A stretch of 63,542 nucleotides of DNA, filler included, from Pelomyxa schiedti (Eukaryota; Protista; Evosea): assembly GCA_020536535.1 (NCBI GenBank). It is 14 parts of 14 records of this genome, joined end to end, with 100 filler letters (N's around TTAATTAATTAA, not from the genome) between each part and the next. Parts side by side here need not be neighbours in the genome. Positions count along the whole stretch, not along the records: positions 26,013 to 53,322 come from JAHLWZ010001032.1; 13 more parts are not named here. One strand, written 5' to 3'. The position numbers were made by a program, and so were the translations under genes. The notes below the pieces were generated by a model. The model was given only the letters and a program-made list of their open reading frames with translations. It was not told where the DNA came from and did not search any database. Shown here in pieces: positions 36,204 to 47,874 of this stretch; position 1 is the first letter of the stretch, and each line of letters starts with the position of its first letter.

Positions 36204-36613
36204 ACACACACCAGTCATTCATTCTTTCCCTTACTGGCAACAACCGTTGTTCTCTTCAGTGTCAGTGTCAATTTCGTTGTACGATTGCTGTAAAACACCC
36301 AACACCGAACCGAAATTGACACTGGAGAGACAACGGCTTCCAGTACAACTAATTATTCGTTCTTGTTGCTCGAACGAAGGCACCATCAATAAATGACACA
36401 ACACACAGACGACGTAAGGTACATTGCATCCCTCACTGAGAGGGTTCGTGCAGGTGACCCCTGCGCAATNNNNNNNNNNNNNNNNNNNNNNNNNNNNNNN
36501 NNNNNNNNNNNNNNNNNNNNNNNNNNNNNNNNNNNNNNNNNNNNNNNNNNNNNNNNNNNNNNNNNNNNNCTAATTATTCGTTCTTGTTGCTCGAACGAAG
36601 GCACCATCAATAA

Positions 36614-38769
36614 ATGACACAACACACAGACGACGTAAGGTACATTGCATCCCTCACTGAGAGGGTTCGTGCAGGTGACCCCTGCGCAATCGTGGACTTG
36701 GGTGATGACAGGGCGATGGGGCAGCTTGGGTGGTGCCCAGCACGGCGTTGGGGTGGAGTGTGACAAGCATAGGGCTGTGTCACTCTACAACGACGCAATC
36801 GCCAAAAACAAGTCGAATTCGTGGAGGCTTGGCGTGTGTTATTTGCGTGGTGAGGGCGTGGAGAGGGACTGGGCCAGGGCTGCGCAGCTCTTCCAGCAGT
36901 CTGGTGGCAGTGGTGACGCCAAGGCTTACCTTGGGTGGTGCTACTTGTGGGGGTGTGGTGCGGAAAGGGATGTGGCAAAGGCAGTAGCGATGCTCCAAAG
37001 TGCTGCTGCGAGTAGTGCCAAGGCCATGGTTTTCCTTGGGTATTGCCTCGAAAGAGGCATTGGTGTTGCCAAGGATCCCGGCAGGGCAGATGCATTGTAT
37101 GACAGGGCAAAGTTCAGAGTATGGGATGCAGAGGCACTTGGGGAACTAGGATTGTACTGTCAGAAAGGTGACTGTGGAGCACCAATGGACAGGAGGGCAG
37201 CTGTTGGGTATTTCCTGATGGGTGCACAGCGTGGTGATCCTGTTTCAATGTTTCACCTTGGTGACTGTGACCTGGAGCAGTCATGCCACTGGCTGGAGAA
37301 AGCCACCCAACTTGGTCACATGCAGGCCTCAAAGATTCTATCGGCATTGTCCTTCCACAATGCCAAGAGCCTGGGTGACTGTGAGGAGGCACAAGAAGAG
37401 GTTTCAAATGATGCATTGATACATCAAGTTGAATCCCTGAAGGCACATATTGGGGCGGTGAGTCTCGTGCCTAATACAGCACCAAACAGATTCATTAATT
37501 TACATTTAACTTTTCTTTTGACAGCTCCAAAATGAGAACAGACAACTTGCCAGTCGTATAAATAATTCTGTGGCAGCTGATGATACATCTCTGAAGAAAC
37601 AAATAGCAGAGTTGAAAAAGGAAAAGGAAGAGGTTCTGGCACATCCACCCTCCACTCAGATTGGTTTTTTTTGCAGCCTAATTGTTTTTTGCCATACTAC
37701 AGTTGCAGAAGGAGAAGGAACGACTTCTGCATCATGTCGAGGACACAGAGGCAGCTCTCTATCAAGAACAAACTGCTGGAGTCACGTTGAGGGACCTCGT
37801 TGGAGAGGTGGAAAGATACAAGGTTTCTTTTTCCTCTTCACATACCTGCACTCACGCTGTCATCACCAATCAGATAATTGTGAACACAATGACATCACTA
37901 ATTTCAGCAACTCCCAGTGACTTTGGAGTGGAGAAGCTCCTTGGCACAGGTTCAAATGCTGCTGCATTCAAAGTGCAATACCGAACCACAACAATCAACA
38001 GTGCTTACCACAATCAAGGGAGTAGCGCATTAGCATCAACTTTCAAAGCATCTCCAGGAGCAATTAAAACAACCACAGACATGGTGATGAAGGTGCTTTT
38101 CAACTGGGAGAACACACCACAACAGACAATGTTGAGGCAGAAATACATGGCTGAGTGTGTTGCCCTCTCATTGGTTCCAACTCACCCAAATGTGATCCAC
38201 CCTCTTGGTGCCCTCGTCATACCTCGGTATTTTTTCTAGGACCACCACAAATAACTAACAGTTGCACTTTGTACACAGCCTCCCAACAGAGTTTGTGGAG
38301 AAAATTCCAAGTGACAAACCAGTTTATCGACAACTGTGCCACAACAAGTCATTGGCCATTCTGATGCCCCATTGTGGCATCAGACTCTCATCGTTCATTC
38401 CCCTCTCTTCGGGCAGCAACCAGAAGACTGTTGAAATAGCACATAATCTTATCATTCAAGGACTCAAAGCTTGTTTTTTTTCCCCCGAGCTGAGGCAAAC
38501 GCTTCACACAGTTCTGTGTGTTACTGTGTGTCACCCCACTTAACCATGACAGGTCAATGCGAAGACTGTCCCTTGACCTCCTTCTGGTCTTTTTTTTTGA
38601 CTGTTTGGTGTCTAGAAACCAACAAAGGATGTGTTCAGACCCATCTACACACCAGATCAACAAAATCAATAAACACTTTGTTCTTGTTTCAGCCACTCAC
38701 ATGCCTCATTTCACTTGGGGTGCAAAGGTTCATGAAGAGCTCAAATCCAACCAGTTGGAATCCGTGTAG
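36614..38769 (+). pseudogene. Sel1 repeats + coiled coil + kinase N-lobe; frameshifted and lacking the catalytic loop
   Basis: Multiple Sel1 repeats with a frameshift near 36735 (GQLGWC|QHGVG). The kinase reads LLGTGSNAAAFKV..MVMKVL..HPNVIHPLG but has no HRD or DFG before the stop. Confidence 0.65.
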
Positions 38770-39998
38770 GAATTCGGGAGGAATGGCAGGCGCAACAGCC
38801 AACTGCCAGTCACTGCATCAACAAGGTCAAAGCACCTCTCCTCTCTCTGGGTAAAGGCAATGAAGCCATTTCCACACTTGAACTTACCATTTAATGTGAA
38901 GATGCGCACAGGTGTCTCAAAGTCATCAGTGGAAAACACACTTAGAGTGTGTCTGGAGCTGTCCTCTTCTGCAAAGTGCGTGTTATCCACCTTGTGGAAC
39001 AAGAAGTCTGAACAAGTGTGCAAGACTTTCAGTGGACGAAGTGACCGGAGCTCAACCACCCAGCTGCCATCGTTGCTCTTGTTTCTCTCATTCAATACAA
39101 CAATCAGCCCGTGGCCTTTGGATTGGAAAACCATATGTGTAAGGCTTCTGAACCCCTGGAACGAGTCTGTGACCACCAGTTGTCCTGACTGATAACTCTT
39201 TTCCAAGTCAACACAGAGAATGTGAAATTTGGCATCGTACTGGCCACCAGTCCTTGTCGACAATGCGGCTTCATTGGCATTGATCATGTCCACCCACTCG
39301 ACGCACACCACTCCTCGTCCTACATCCACAGCTCTGTTCGCTCCGTCACGTAGCCCAAGTGGCCGCACGGCAATCCTCCCCGCACCCTCCCCAAACAGGT
39401 GGTAGATAACAGCCCACTTGGCCCCCCTGCAAACCTGGAGTAGCCCGGGGCCGTCGCCAACGCCGATGCCGTCCACCACCTCCTCGACTGCCGTCATCTC
39501 CGCCAGGTCCACCACGTCCGCGACGTGCGAATTGCCAACGTACAGGTCGCATCTGCAGACGCCCATCCACGCCAGCACGCTCAGGGGGCGCTGGACCCCG
39601 CCCCAGCCCCGGCACCCCACAACACCCAGGGTCATCGACACCCCAACACACACCACGCCGGTCGGATCAGATGGCACCGCCTCCTCGCGCCTGGTGTCCA
39701 CGGCACCTGCACCTGCACCTGCACCACCGCTCTGTGGTGCAGCATCATAAGCAGCGGAAACCAAGTTGTACCCACAGACCACGGCGGTACTGGAGACGTG
39801 CAGGGCGAACCTCTGGCCGATGTCGCACGCGAGCACGTGGTGGGGCACGAGGGACGCTGGGCTGCGGGCGCCGCAGCGGGGCACCGCGACGCACGCGAGT
39901 AGCGCGGCGAGCTGGTCGCGGGCCCACAGGGCGTGATGCGGCGATGCGAGTGCCCCAGGCACCCCAACGCGTCGTGGCTGCAGTGCTTCCCTGTTCAT
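38730..39998 (-). CDS. Array family member, 422 aa
   Basis: WARDQLAALLACVAVPRCGARSPA..SMTLGVV..VDAVTGSWLLRLP. Confidence 0.88.
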   Translation of the reverse strand: MNREALQPRRVGVPGALASPHHALWARDQLAALLACVAVPRCGARSPASLVPHHVLACDIGQRFALHVSSTAVVCGYNLVSAAYDAAPQSGGAGAGAGAVDTRREEAVPSDPTGVVCVGVSMTLGVVGCRGWGGVQRPLSVLAWMGVCRCDLYVGNSHVADVVDLAEMTAVEEVVDGIGVGDGPGLLQVCRGAKWAVIYHLFGEGAGRIAVRPLGLRDGANRAVDVGRGVVCVEWVDMINANEAALSTRTGGQYDAKFHILCVDLEKSYQSGQLVVTDSFQGFRSLTHMVFQSKGHGLIVVLNERNKSNDGSWVVELRSLRPLKVLHTCSDFLFHKVDNTHFAEEDSSRHTLSVFSTDDFETPVRIFTLNGKFKCGNGFIAFTQREERCFDLVDAVTGSWLLRLPFLPNSYTDSNWLDLSSS

Positions 39999-40216
39999 TG
40001 TTGTGACTTTTTACAGAAAGTCGAAGAGAAAGGTTTCAGAAAGAATCTATGTTTTTTCCAGAGTCAGCTGCTTGTTGCAGCAGCGACACACCCGCGTAGT
40101 GGTCTCGGGTAACGCCGTGCATACCATAGAAATAACACTCAGGAAACCAAAACCGAAAGATCTCTGCCTTTGTGAGTTTGTACTGGTCATTCAACTCAAT
40201 CACTCAAACTGGTTCA

Positions 40217-42135
40217 TCACTTTTTGTTGGGGGGGTGCTGATGCTTCCTACTCTTGGCTTTTGGTTGATTATGAGCAACAACATCAATGTCGGTGTAGAC
40301 CGCGAGCCTGCATGATGCGTCTGCTCTATGTCTGGAAGAAGAGTTGTCAGAAGAAGAAGCCAACCTGTAACACCTCACAGCCTCCCTCACATCCTTTGTG
40401 AGCCCCTTGAAGCCGTGCTCGTACACTGAACCAAGTTGTCCCCAGGTTTCAGGTGCCATGGAAAAAGTTGATTCACGAAGGAGCTGCATGGCCTCATGTG
40501 GGGTACCTGCTGCCTGACCCTTGAAAATGAGTTGGCTCAGCAACCACTCAGCCTGTGTGCATCGGCAGTGGGCCTTAATGGCAAGCTGGATTCCAAGGCG
40601 GTAATGTTGACTGGCTTTGTTGTAATCCTTGTCTGTGCCAATACCCCTTTCGTACATCATTCCAAGGCTGGCATGTGCCTCCGCCACACCACCTTCCAAG
40701 GCAGATTTTTGCATCAACCCAAACGCTTTGGCATCATCTTTCTTAAATGCTTGTCCCATCAGATAGCACTGTGCCAGCTCAAACTGGGCTTGATGGTTTT
40801 ACTTGTCAATGGCTTTTTCGAAGTTCTGCTTCACCAAGCCTCCTCTTTTCAGGAAAATTGTGCCAAGCAGGGTTTGTGAGTCGGTGTCACCTTGGGAAGC
40901 AGAGAGCTCCAACAGACGCAGTGCTTCTTGGTTGTTTACCTCCAGACCCCAGACTCTGGTGCCAAGACGAGAGCCAAGAGCAAGTGCCATCTCGTACTGT
41001 GCCTTGGGCCAGCCTTGGTCACATGCAAGCTTCAGCCAGCTGATGCCCTCCTCCCTCTTGGAAGCGTTCATGTACAGCTTAAACATGCACTCTGCATCTC
41101 CTTTTTCAGCTCCAATCTGAAACAACCTCAAGCCCTCCTCACGGTTCAGGGGAACATCATCCCACGACCCAGTTTGGTAATCAGTGTCCTTCATGTACAT
41201 ACATCCCAGGGAATGAAGGGCAGGGCCGAATCCCTGCGAGGCAGACTTCTTCAGGTACTCCAAGTAGCCAAATCCATGAGTGTAGCATAGAAATAGTTGT
41301 GCAAATGGTTGACCTCTGTCAGCTGCGATCTTGAGGTGCTTCAGGCTCTTTGCTTCATCAGTGAACTGCCACCGCCCATACTCTTCTGAAAGAGCAACTC
41401 CAAGCAATAAGTGTGCCACGGTGTTCAACTTGCATTTGCTGGTTGCCATTTGTTCTTCCTCTGGTTGTGTGTCTGTGGTTTTTGTGTGTTACTTTACTTT
41501 ATCCTTAAAGTCACTCAATTCTTATTCTCATTCTTAACAAGGTAGAGAAAAAAAGAAAACAGACCAGACGTGGGGGTAGTGGCAGAAACAACAGAATCAA
41601 GGAAGTCAACCATCCATTGTTGCACAAAAGGTGGGTTGGACCCTGCCACACGAAACTGACCAGTCACCCCCAAATCCAGAGGCCACAAAGGCTCCAACAG
41701 CTTTGGCTCCGTCATGACAAGGAAAGTCCACACGAGGCTCGCCAGTGCAGCTGCTTTGCTCTGCGCCTTGTGCTCGCGGCTCAGCCCCACCTGCCTCCGG
41801 TACACCTCCCTCTGCTGATCAGCGACGCTCTGCTGGGAGCACTTGCCGCGCAGGTGCTGATGCTTGTCACAACGTGCGCCGCCAAGAATCAGCTGCAATG
41901 ACAGGAGGTACGCCTTGCCGGTGTCACCGTCGCCCCACGCACCAAGGCAGGCAGTGGCCATTTGTGTAACGGATGCAGCGCAGCATGGCGGCAGCTGGTC
42001 AGCCAAGACCGCCGCGTGCTGTGACGACGACGACGGAGACCTTTGTTTCTTCCCTCCCTTGTCATTGTGATCCTCTTCTTTGTGTTGTTGCTGTTTGTGT
42101 TTTTTTCTGCGTCGTGCACCACTGTGGTCGGGCAT
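40217..42135 (-). pseudogene. Sel1-repeat gene (intron 41473-41564) with an in-frame TAA at 40799-40801
   Basis: The splice joins ..ATTPTS-D-TQPEEEQMATSK in frame. Many Sel1 repeats. KAIDK*NHQAQFELAQCY continues the Sel1 consensus through the stop. Confidence 0.72.
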
Positions 42136-42439
42136 CTTTACTTGTTATTTTTTTTTTTTGTCCTTTCATCACCTTGGGTTTTTTTCCGTGTGCTGTTTGA
42201 TCATCATCGTTGTTTGACCCTCTGGCACCCAAACGGGCGGTCCCCTGTGTGGGAAAGTGATGACTTCCCTTTCACTTTCACCACAACCTCCTCTCTCACA
42301 CAAAAGTGTTCACTGTGATGTCGCAATTTGAAAGGAGGTGTGTGCAGAACCATCGACGTAACAGGCTGTTGATGTCCGTTCGCGAAAATCAAAAATTCCC
42401 AACGCATTAGAAGCTACAACAGTGATCAGTAAACAAATA

Positions 42440-43650
42440 ATGAGTGCTGAACAACAAGGCAATTCCCCTTTCGCAGCGCGTGGCGCACTGCCCACCCCCC
42501 AGCACGTCCTGTGGGCCCGCGACCAGCTCGCCGCCCTGCTCGCCTGCCTCGCGGTGCCCCGCTGCGGCGCCCGCAGCCCCGCATCCCTCGTGCCCCACCA
42601 CGTGCTCGCCAGCGACATCGGCGCGAGGTTCGTCACGCACGTGGGCAGGGTGTTCGTCATGGGTGCATACCACATGATCCCTGGCTGCAGCTACGTGACC
42701 GCCCCCGGTAGGGTTTCCGAACGGCTGCAGATCGTCGTCGTCGGCATCTCGCCCACGCTTGGCGTTGTGGATGTGTCTGGATGGTGCTGCAGTCAAAAGG
42801 TTGGGCTGCCGTACATGTGGATCGGCGGCGGCTGTGCTGTGCACACCAGGAGGAACGTGGCGGAACTGGTTGACCTCACAGAGATGCGTGTTGTGGCGGA
42901 GGAGGCAATTGGTCGCTGCGACGAAGGCTGGGGGTTCCCGAGGGTGCACAGAAGCAGGAACTGGGTTGTCATGTACCCGCAGGTGTATGGTGGGAGAATT
43001 GCAGTGTGGCCGGTGCTGCAGTTGCGACCACATGCGCTGAGTGGATGGGTGCACAACAAAGTGGTGGTGACCGTTGAAGGAGAAACCCAGTGGCTGGACA
43101 TTATCAACGACCAAGTGGTGCTGGTGACGAGAAAGAGGACTTTCCAGGTGTTGTGTGTAGACTTGGAAAAGAGCTATGAGTCAGGCCAACTTGTGGTGGC
43201 AGACTCGTTCCATGGGTACAAGGGCCTCGAGGACATGGTCTTCACTTCCAAAGAGTACAAGTTGATTGTGGCAATGCGCGGGAGAAAGAAGAGCAAAAAG
43301 AGCGAGGATGGTGGCTACCTCTGGAGCTGAGGTCACTTCGTCCACTCAAAGTGTTGCACACTTGTCCAGACAAGTGTGTTCTCCGCAAAGTGGATTGTAC
43401 ACACTTTGCAGAAGCAAACAGAATCGACAAGACCCTCAGTGTTTTTTCAACTGACGACTTTGAGACACCTGTGCGCATCTTCCCACTCAATGGTGATTTC
43501 CAGTGTCGGAATGGCTTCATTGCATTGAATCAGCCAGAGGAGGAGTGCTTTGACATCGTTGATGCAGTCACTGGCACTTGGTTGTTGCGGCAACCGTTCC
43601 TCCCCAATAACCCAGATTATCCCAACTACTGCTCGTTCCTGCACACATAA
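42440..43650 (+). pseudogene. Array family member with a 1-bp deletion frameshift at about 43320
   Basis: TACCT-CTGGAG here versus TACCTTCTGGAG in the 47875 paralog. The LELRSLRP..WLLRQP half continues in the shifted frame. Confidence 0.82.
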
Positions 43651-43853
43651 GTCATCATGTTTCTTCTTCTTGAAAGCATTGATCTGCTCCACAACACCCA
43701 CTGACATTGAATAAAAAAATATGTGGTCGGGCATCTTAACTTGGGTTTTTTTTCCGTGTGTTGTTGATCATCGTTTGACCCTCAACGGTCCCAAGACATG
43801 GCAGTAGTGCCAAAACACTCAGTCGCAATTAGATTCGTTTTATCGGTAAAACA

Positions 43854-45038
43854 ATGAGTGATCACAACCTACAACATGCAGTGCGCGGCACACTTGCAAC
43901 ACCCCCAGAACACGCCCTGTGGGCCCGAGACCAGCTCATGCCCCTGCTAGCCTGCGCCGCTGTGCCCCGCTGCGGCGCCCGAAGCCCTGCGTCCCTCGTG
44001 CCCCACAGCGTTATCGCGTGTGACATTGGCCAAACGCTGGTGATGTGTGCAGCCAGGAGAGTCATCATCGGTGGGTACAGATTGATTAACACTGCTGGTG
44101 GTGGGGCAGGTGCGAATGTGAATTCGACTGTTACTGACTGCACAGGTGGGGGGTTTAACCTGGTCGTTGTTGGTGTCTCGATTACACTGGGTGTCGTGGA
44201 GCTGTGGGGATGGGGCCAGATTGCACACCCTGGGGAAGTGGGGGGGTGGCTTGGAGGCAGCCTGCCTATGGAGAACAATACCCACATCCTCGTTGTGGAC
44301 CCGTTGGAGATGACGGTTGTTGAGGAGGAGGTGCTTGGATTTGAGCACTGCAAGTACCTCCAGATATGCAAGGGAAGAAAGTGGGCTGTTCTCTTCACAA
44401 AATTCGAGGCAGAGAAGATTGCCATCTGCCCACTTGGATTGAAAGGAGGTGTGTGCAGAACCATCGACATAACTGGGCAGATCGTGGAGGTGGATATGAT
44501 CGACGACGACGAGGTTGCACTGTCAACGACAGATGGGGATTACGCCTCTCGTGGAGGATACGGTGTGTTTTGTGCAGACTTGGAAAGGAGTTACAATTCA
44601 GGTCAACTTGTTGTCACACATTCCTTTCTGGGGTTTGGCAGTCTTGTCTTCCGATCCAAAAAGCACAATTTGGTTGCCCCAATGTATGCGGCAGAACAAA
44701 CCACCCTCAATGGTGGTGGACAACTGGTGCTCAAGTCACTTTTTACACGCGAAATGATCATTTGCCCAACCTGGAGTTGCAAAAAGGTGGATTACACACA
44801 CTTTGCAGAAGAGGACAAAACCAACCACACTGTGAATGTGTTCTCCACTGGCGATGACTTTGGGAGACCTGTTCGCATCTTTGCACTAAACAGGTTCCTA
44901 TGTGGGAATGGCATCATTGCATTGACCCAACAAGAGGAGGGGTTTGAAGAGGGGTGCTATGACTTTGTTGATGCTGTCACTGGCACTTGGCTGTTGCGCT
45001 GCCGATTGCCTTGTGTGTTGTACATGGCTGCTTCATGA
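43854..45038 (+). CDS. Array family member, 394 aa
   Basis: WARDQLMPLLACAAVPRCGARSPA..SITLGVV..VDAVTGTWLL. Confidence 0.88.
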   Translation: MSDHNLQHAVRGTLATPPEHALWARDQLMPLLACAAVPRCGARSPASLVPHSVIACDIGQTLVMCAARRVIIGGYRLINTAGGGAGANVNSTVTDCTGGGFNLVVVGVSITLGVVELWGWGQIAHPGEVGGWLGGSLPMENNTHILVVDPLEMTVVEEEVLGFEHCKYLQICKGRKWAVLFTKFEAEKIAICPLGLKGGVCRTIDITGQIVEVDMIDDDEVALSTTDGDYASRGGYGVFCADLERSYNSGQLVVTHSFLGFGSLVFRSKKHNLVAPMYAAEQTTLNGGGQLVLKSLFTREMIICPTWSCKKVDYTHFAEEDKTNHTVNVFSTGDDFGRPVRIFALNRFLCGNGIIALTQQEEGFEEGCYDFVDAVTGTWLLRCRLPCVLYMAAS

Positions 45039-45159
45039 ACCACTAAAAAAAAAAAAACAGGAGTTTCTTAGGGGAACTAGATTGGAAAAGCCTCTGTGGC
45101 TGCTGTTTTTGAAAAAAAGAGAGCCAGGAGAATCGTATGAGGTCAATGTGCATGCCCAC

Positions 45160-45620
45160 AGCGTCCTGAATCACAAAAAATCCGTTGCCACAGTGCATGT
45201 CAGTCAGAATGGGAAACACACGCACAGGGAAGTCAAATTCATCAGTTGAGAACGCACTCAGTGTGTGCTGATGCGTGTCCTCCACTGAAAAGTGCGCAAT
45301 CAATCTTGTGCACATGGTGGTAAGAGCAGTGCCACATTTTGAGGTTCAGAGGAGGTGGTCTCCTCAATGGATTCCCAGTGAGTTTCAATGCACAAGATTT
45401 CGCGGTCCTTGCCAGCTCCCCCTTTCACTGTCAACAGCGCTGCCTTGTCATCATCAACCAGGAATCCAATCCTCCTCCCATTCTCATCACTCAGTGGTTG
45501 GGCTGGTGATGATGATGCCGAGGACACAGCGAACAGCAAACCGCCCTTGTGGTTGTAGGTTGCATGTACTACTCCTTGTCGTTGATAGATTGTCTGCTGA
45601 CCACAACTCAGCATCATCAA
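45160..45620 (-). pseudogene. Deletion-collapsed copy of the 49325-50653 gene
   Basis: Co-linear blocks match about 49505-49685, 49727-49760, 49868-49890, 49925-50000, 50050-50105 and 50625-50750. Confidence 0.87.
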
Positions 45621-45681
45621 AAGTTGACCGTGGGGCTAATTGATGGCTTTCCCCGAAATCAACGAATCCTGTGTCTGTGAA

Positions 45682-46774
45682 ATGTCTGGCAACAACACGT
45701 CGCAGGCCCCACGACGGCGTGTCCCTCGAAAGGAGGATCGCGATTATGGGCGACCACTTGCTCCCAGACCCCTCTGTCGACGACACCGACGACATCATCC
45801 GGCATTTCGTGTTTGTTGGCGTGTCACCGACCCTCGGGGTCGTTGGTCTGTGGGCCTGCAGGGCCAGCTCCAAGTCCGCATTTGGTTGCATGCGCATCAT
45901 TCCAGCAGGGCTGTTTGGCGACCGGCTTGGCGTGATGGAAGGAACCAGGGATGGAAAGATCGGGATAGCCAATCTGGTGACACACGAGGTGAGGGAGGTG
46001 GACGACCCAGGGTTCGTTGGCACGTGGACGTACAGAGTGTGCAGCGGGAGGAAGTGGGTGGTGATCTGGGATTGTGTGAAACCGCAACAGATTGTGGTGC
46101 TGTCTGTGAGTTGGTTGGAACATCGGTCGCAGGAGAGTGATACCGAAAGCTATTGGAAGGTTGTGAACGTGGGAAGGAAGGCACTTTTGGTGAGTGTTTT
46201 TATGAACACCAATGATTGTGATGGAGATGGTGACGACGAGGCTACATTTGTGACGAGAGAGTACGGAGGCGTGACGATGGTGGACATGTGGCATGTGGAT
46301 TTGAAAAGGTCGTTTGAGTCTGGCGAACTGTTTGTCACTGGAACGTTCTGTGGGATTGCAACGCTGGTGGAGATCATTCGCACAACAGCTGTTTATCACT
46401 CAAAAGAACACAAGGTAATTTTGTCCTTGCCAAATGCAGATGGCACCACGACTCAATGGAAGTCAATCTCCCCATCACAGCTGCCCATCATTCTTCACGA
46501 GTCACATTGCCCAATCACCATGGTGGATAATTCATACTTTGCAGAGGAGGACAGAGCAAGTGAGACCCTGAGAGTGTTCTCAACTGATGACTTCGATCAC
46601 CCTGTGCACGTGTTCCCACTGAGGCGCAAGGACATCAAGGTACTCTGTGGGAATGGTCTCATTGTGCTCTGGGATGAGGGCCACTTTGATGTCTTCGACG
46701 CAGTCACTGGCACTTGGCTGCTACACCAACCATCACACCGCCCAATCCACAAGCTGTCACTTCGTGCCTTGTGA
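45682..46774 (+). CDS. Array family member lacking the N-terminal ARDQL/CGARSP motif (first in-frame ATG 45746)
   Basis: The beta-rich body is open (VSPTLGVV, FAEEDR..LRVFSTDDF, FDAVTGTWLLHQP). The upstream ATG 45682 is out of frame. Confidence 0.7.
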
Positions 46775-46853
46775 TGGTGATGTTTTTCTTCACTCAACTC
46801 AATGTGTTGGCAAAAAAAAATTGAAGTTGAAACTCCCAAAAAAAAACTCAACA

Positions 46854-47778
46854 ATGAACGAGGAACGACGAGTACGAGGACTGCCACTCGGCGTGCGCGG
46901 CATACTACCCCCGCCCAGCCAAGTCCTGCTCGCACGCGACCAGCTCGCCGCCCTGCTCGCGTGCGTCGCAGCCCAGCGTCCCTCGCGCCCCACGCCGTGC
47001 TCGCGCGCGACATCGGCGCGCGGTTCGTCACGCGCGTCGACAGGAGGCTCGCCATCAGCGGCCACAACCTGGTGTCCGCAGCGCCGCAACAACAACCGGG
47101 GAGTGGTGTCACCACGGAGGAGGAGGAGGCTGGCGGCGGCGGCGGCGGCGGCGGCGGCAAAGTCGATCCGTTCAACGTGGTGGTTGTGGGCGTGTCGCAT
47201 ACGCTGGGAGTGGTGGAGATGAGGGGATGGTGCGGGATCGAACGAAGCTTGGTTACGTTCGTGTTTGCGTGGAGTGGCGTTGGCTGGTCCCTGCCGATCC
47301 TGGATACGTCGAAGATAGCCGTGGTGGACCTGGCCGACATGACGGCCGCGGTGGAGGAGGTGCGTGGCGTGGGCCCTGTGAATGGGTCGCTGGAGATATG
47401 CAAGGGGTCCAAGTGGGCTGTCCTATACCCAAGGTACGATGCCGTAGGATCAGGGAGGATTGCTATACTGCCACTTGGAGGATTGCATGGAGGAGGGGCC
47501 TGCAAAGCTGTGGATGTGCCCGGGGAGGTCGCAGGGGCTGATATGATCAACGAGAATGAGGTGGCACTGTTTACGAGAACTGGAATTGCTGACACCCCAT
47601 CTGGATTCTCACACTCAATGGTGAGTTGAAATTCCAGGGGGGCTTCATTACCCTTCTGCACCAAGAGGAGGGACACTTCGACCTTGTTGACGCAGTCACT
47701 GGCACTTGGCTGTTGCGCCAACCGTTCCTCCCCCATTCAGACTCAGAACTCAACTGGTTCTTCCTAAGCAATGCATAA
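46854..47778 (+). pseudogene. Array family member with two frameshifting internal deletions
   Basis: ARDQLAALLACVA lacks VPRCGAR and changes frame at about 46965. A second jump at about 47595 goes to the ..VDAVTGTWLLRQP end. Confidence 0.83.
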
Positions 47779-47874
47779 ATTCTTTTGATTTGACTGTTGA
47801 CTTTATTATCATCCACCACCACTCTGCGGAGCAGATCGATGCCTATCAGGCCTGTACCCATGCCCACCCAGTAG

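Noticed and set aside
31156-40801. TAA reassigned to a sense codon (two in-frame TAAs within homology)
   Set aside because: Many intact genes here end in TAA (34469, 43650, 15954), and both cases sit in genes with other lesions.
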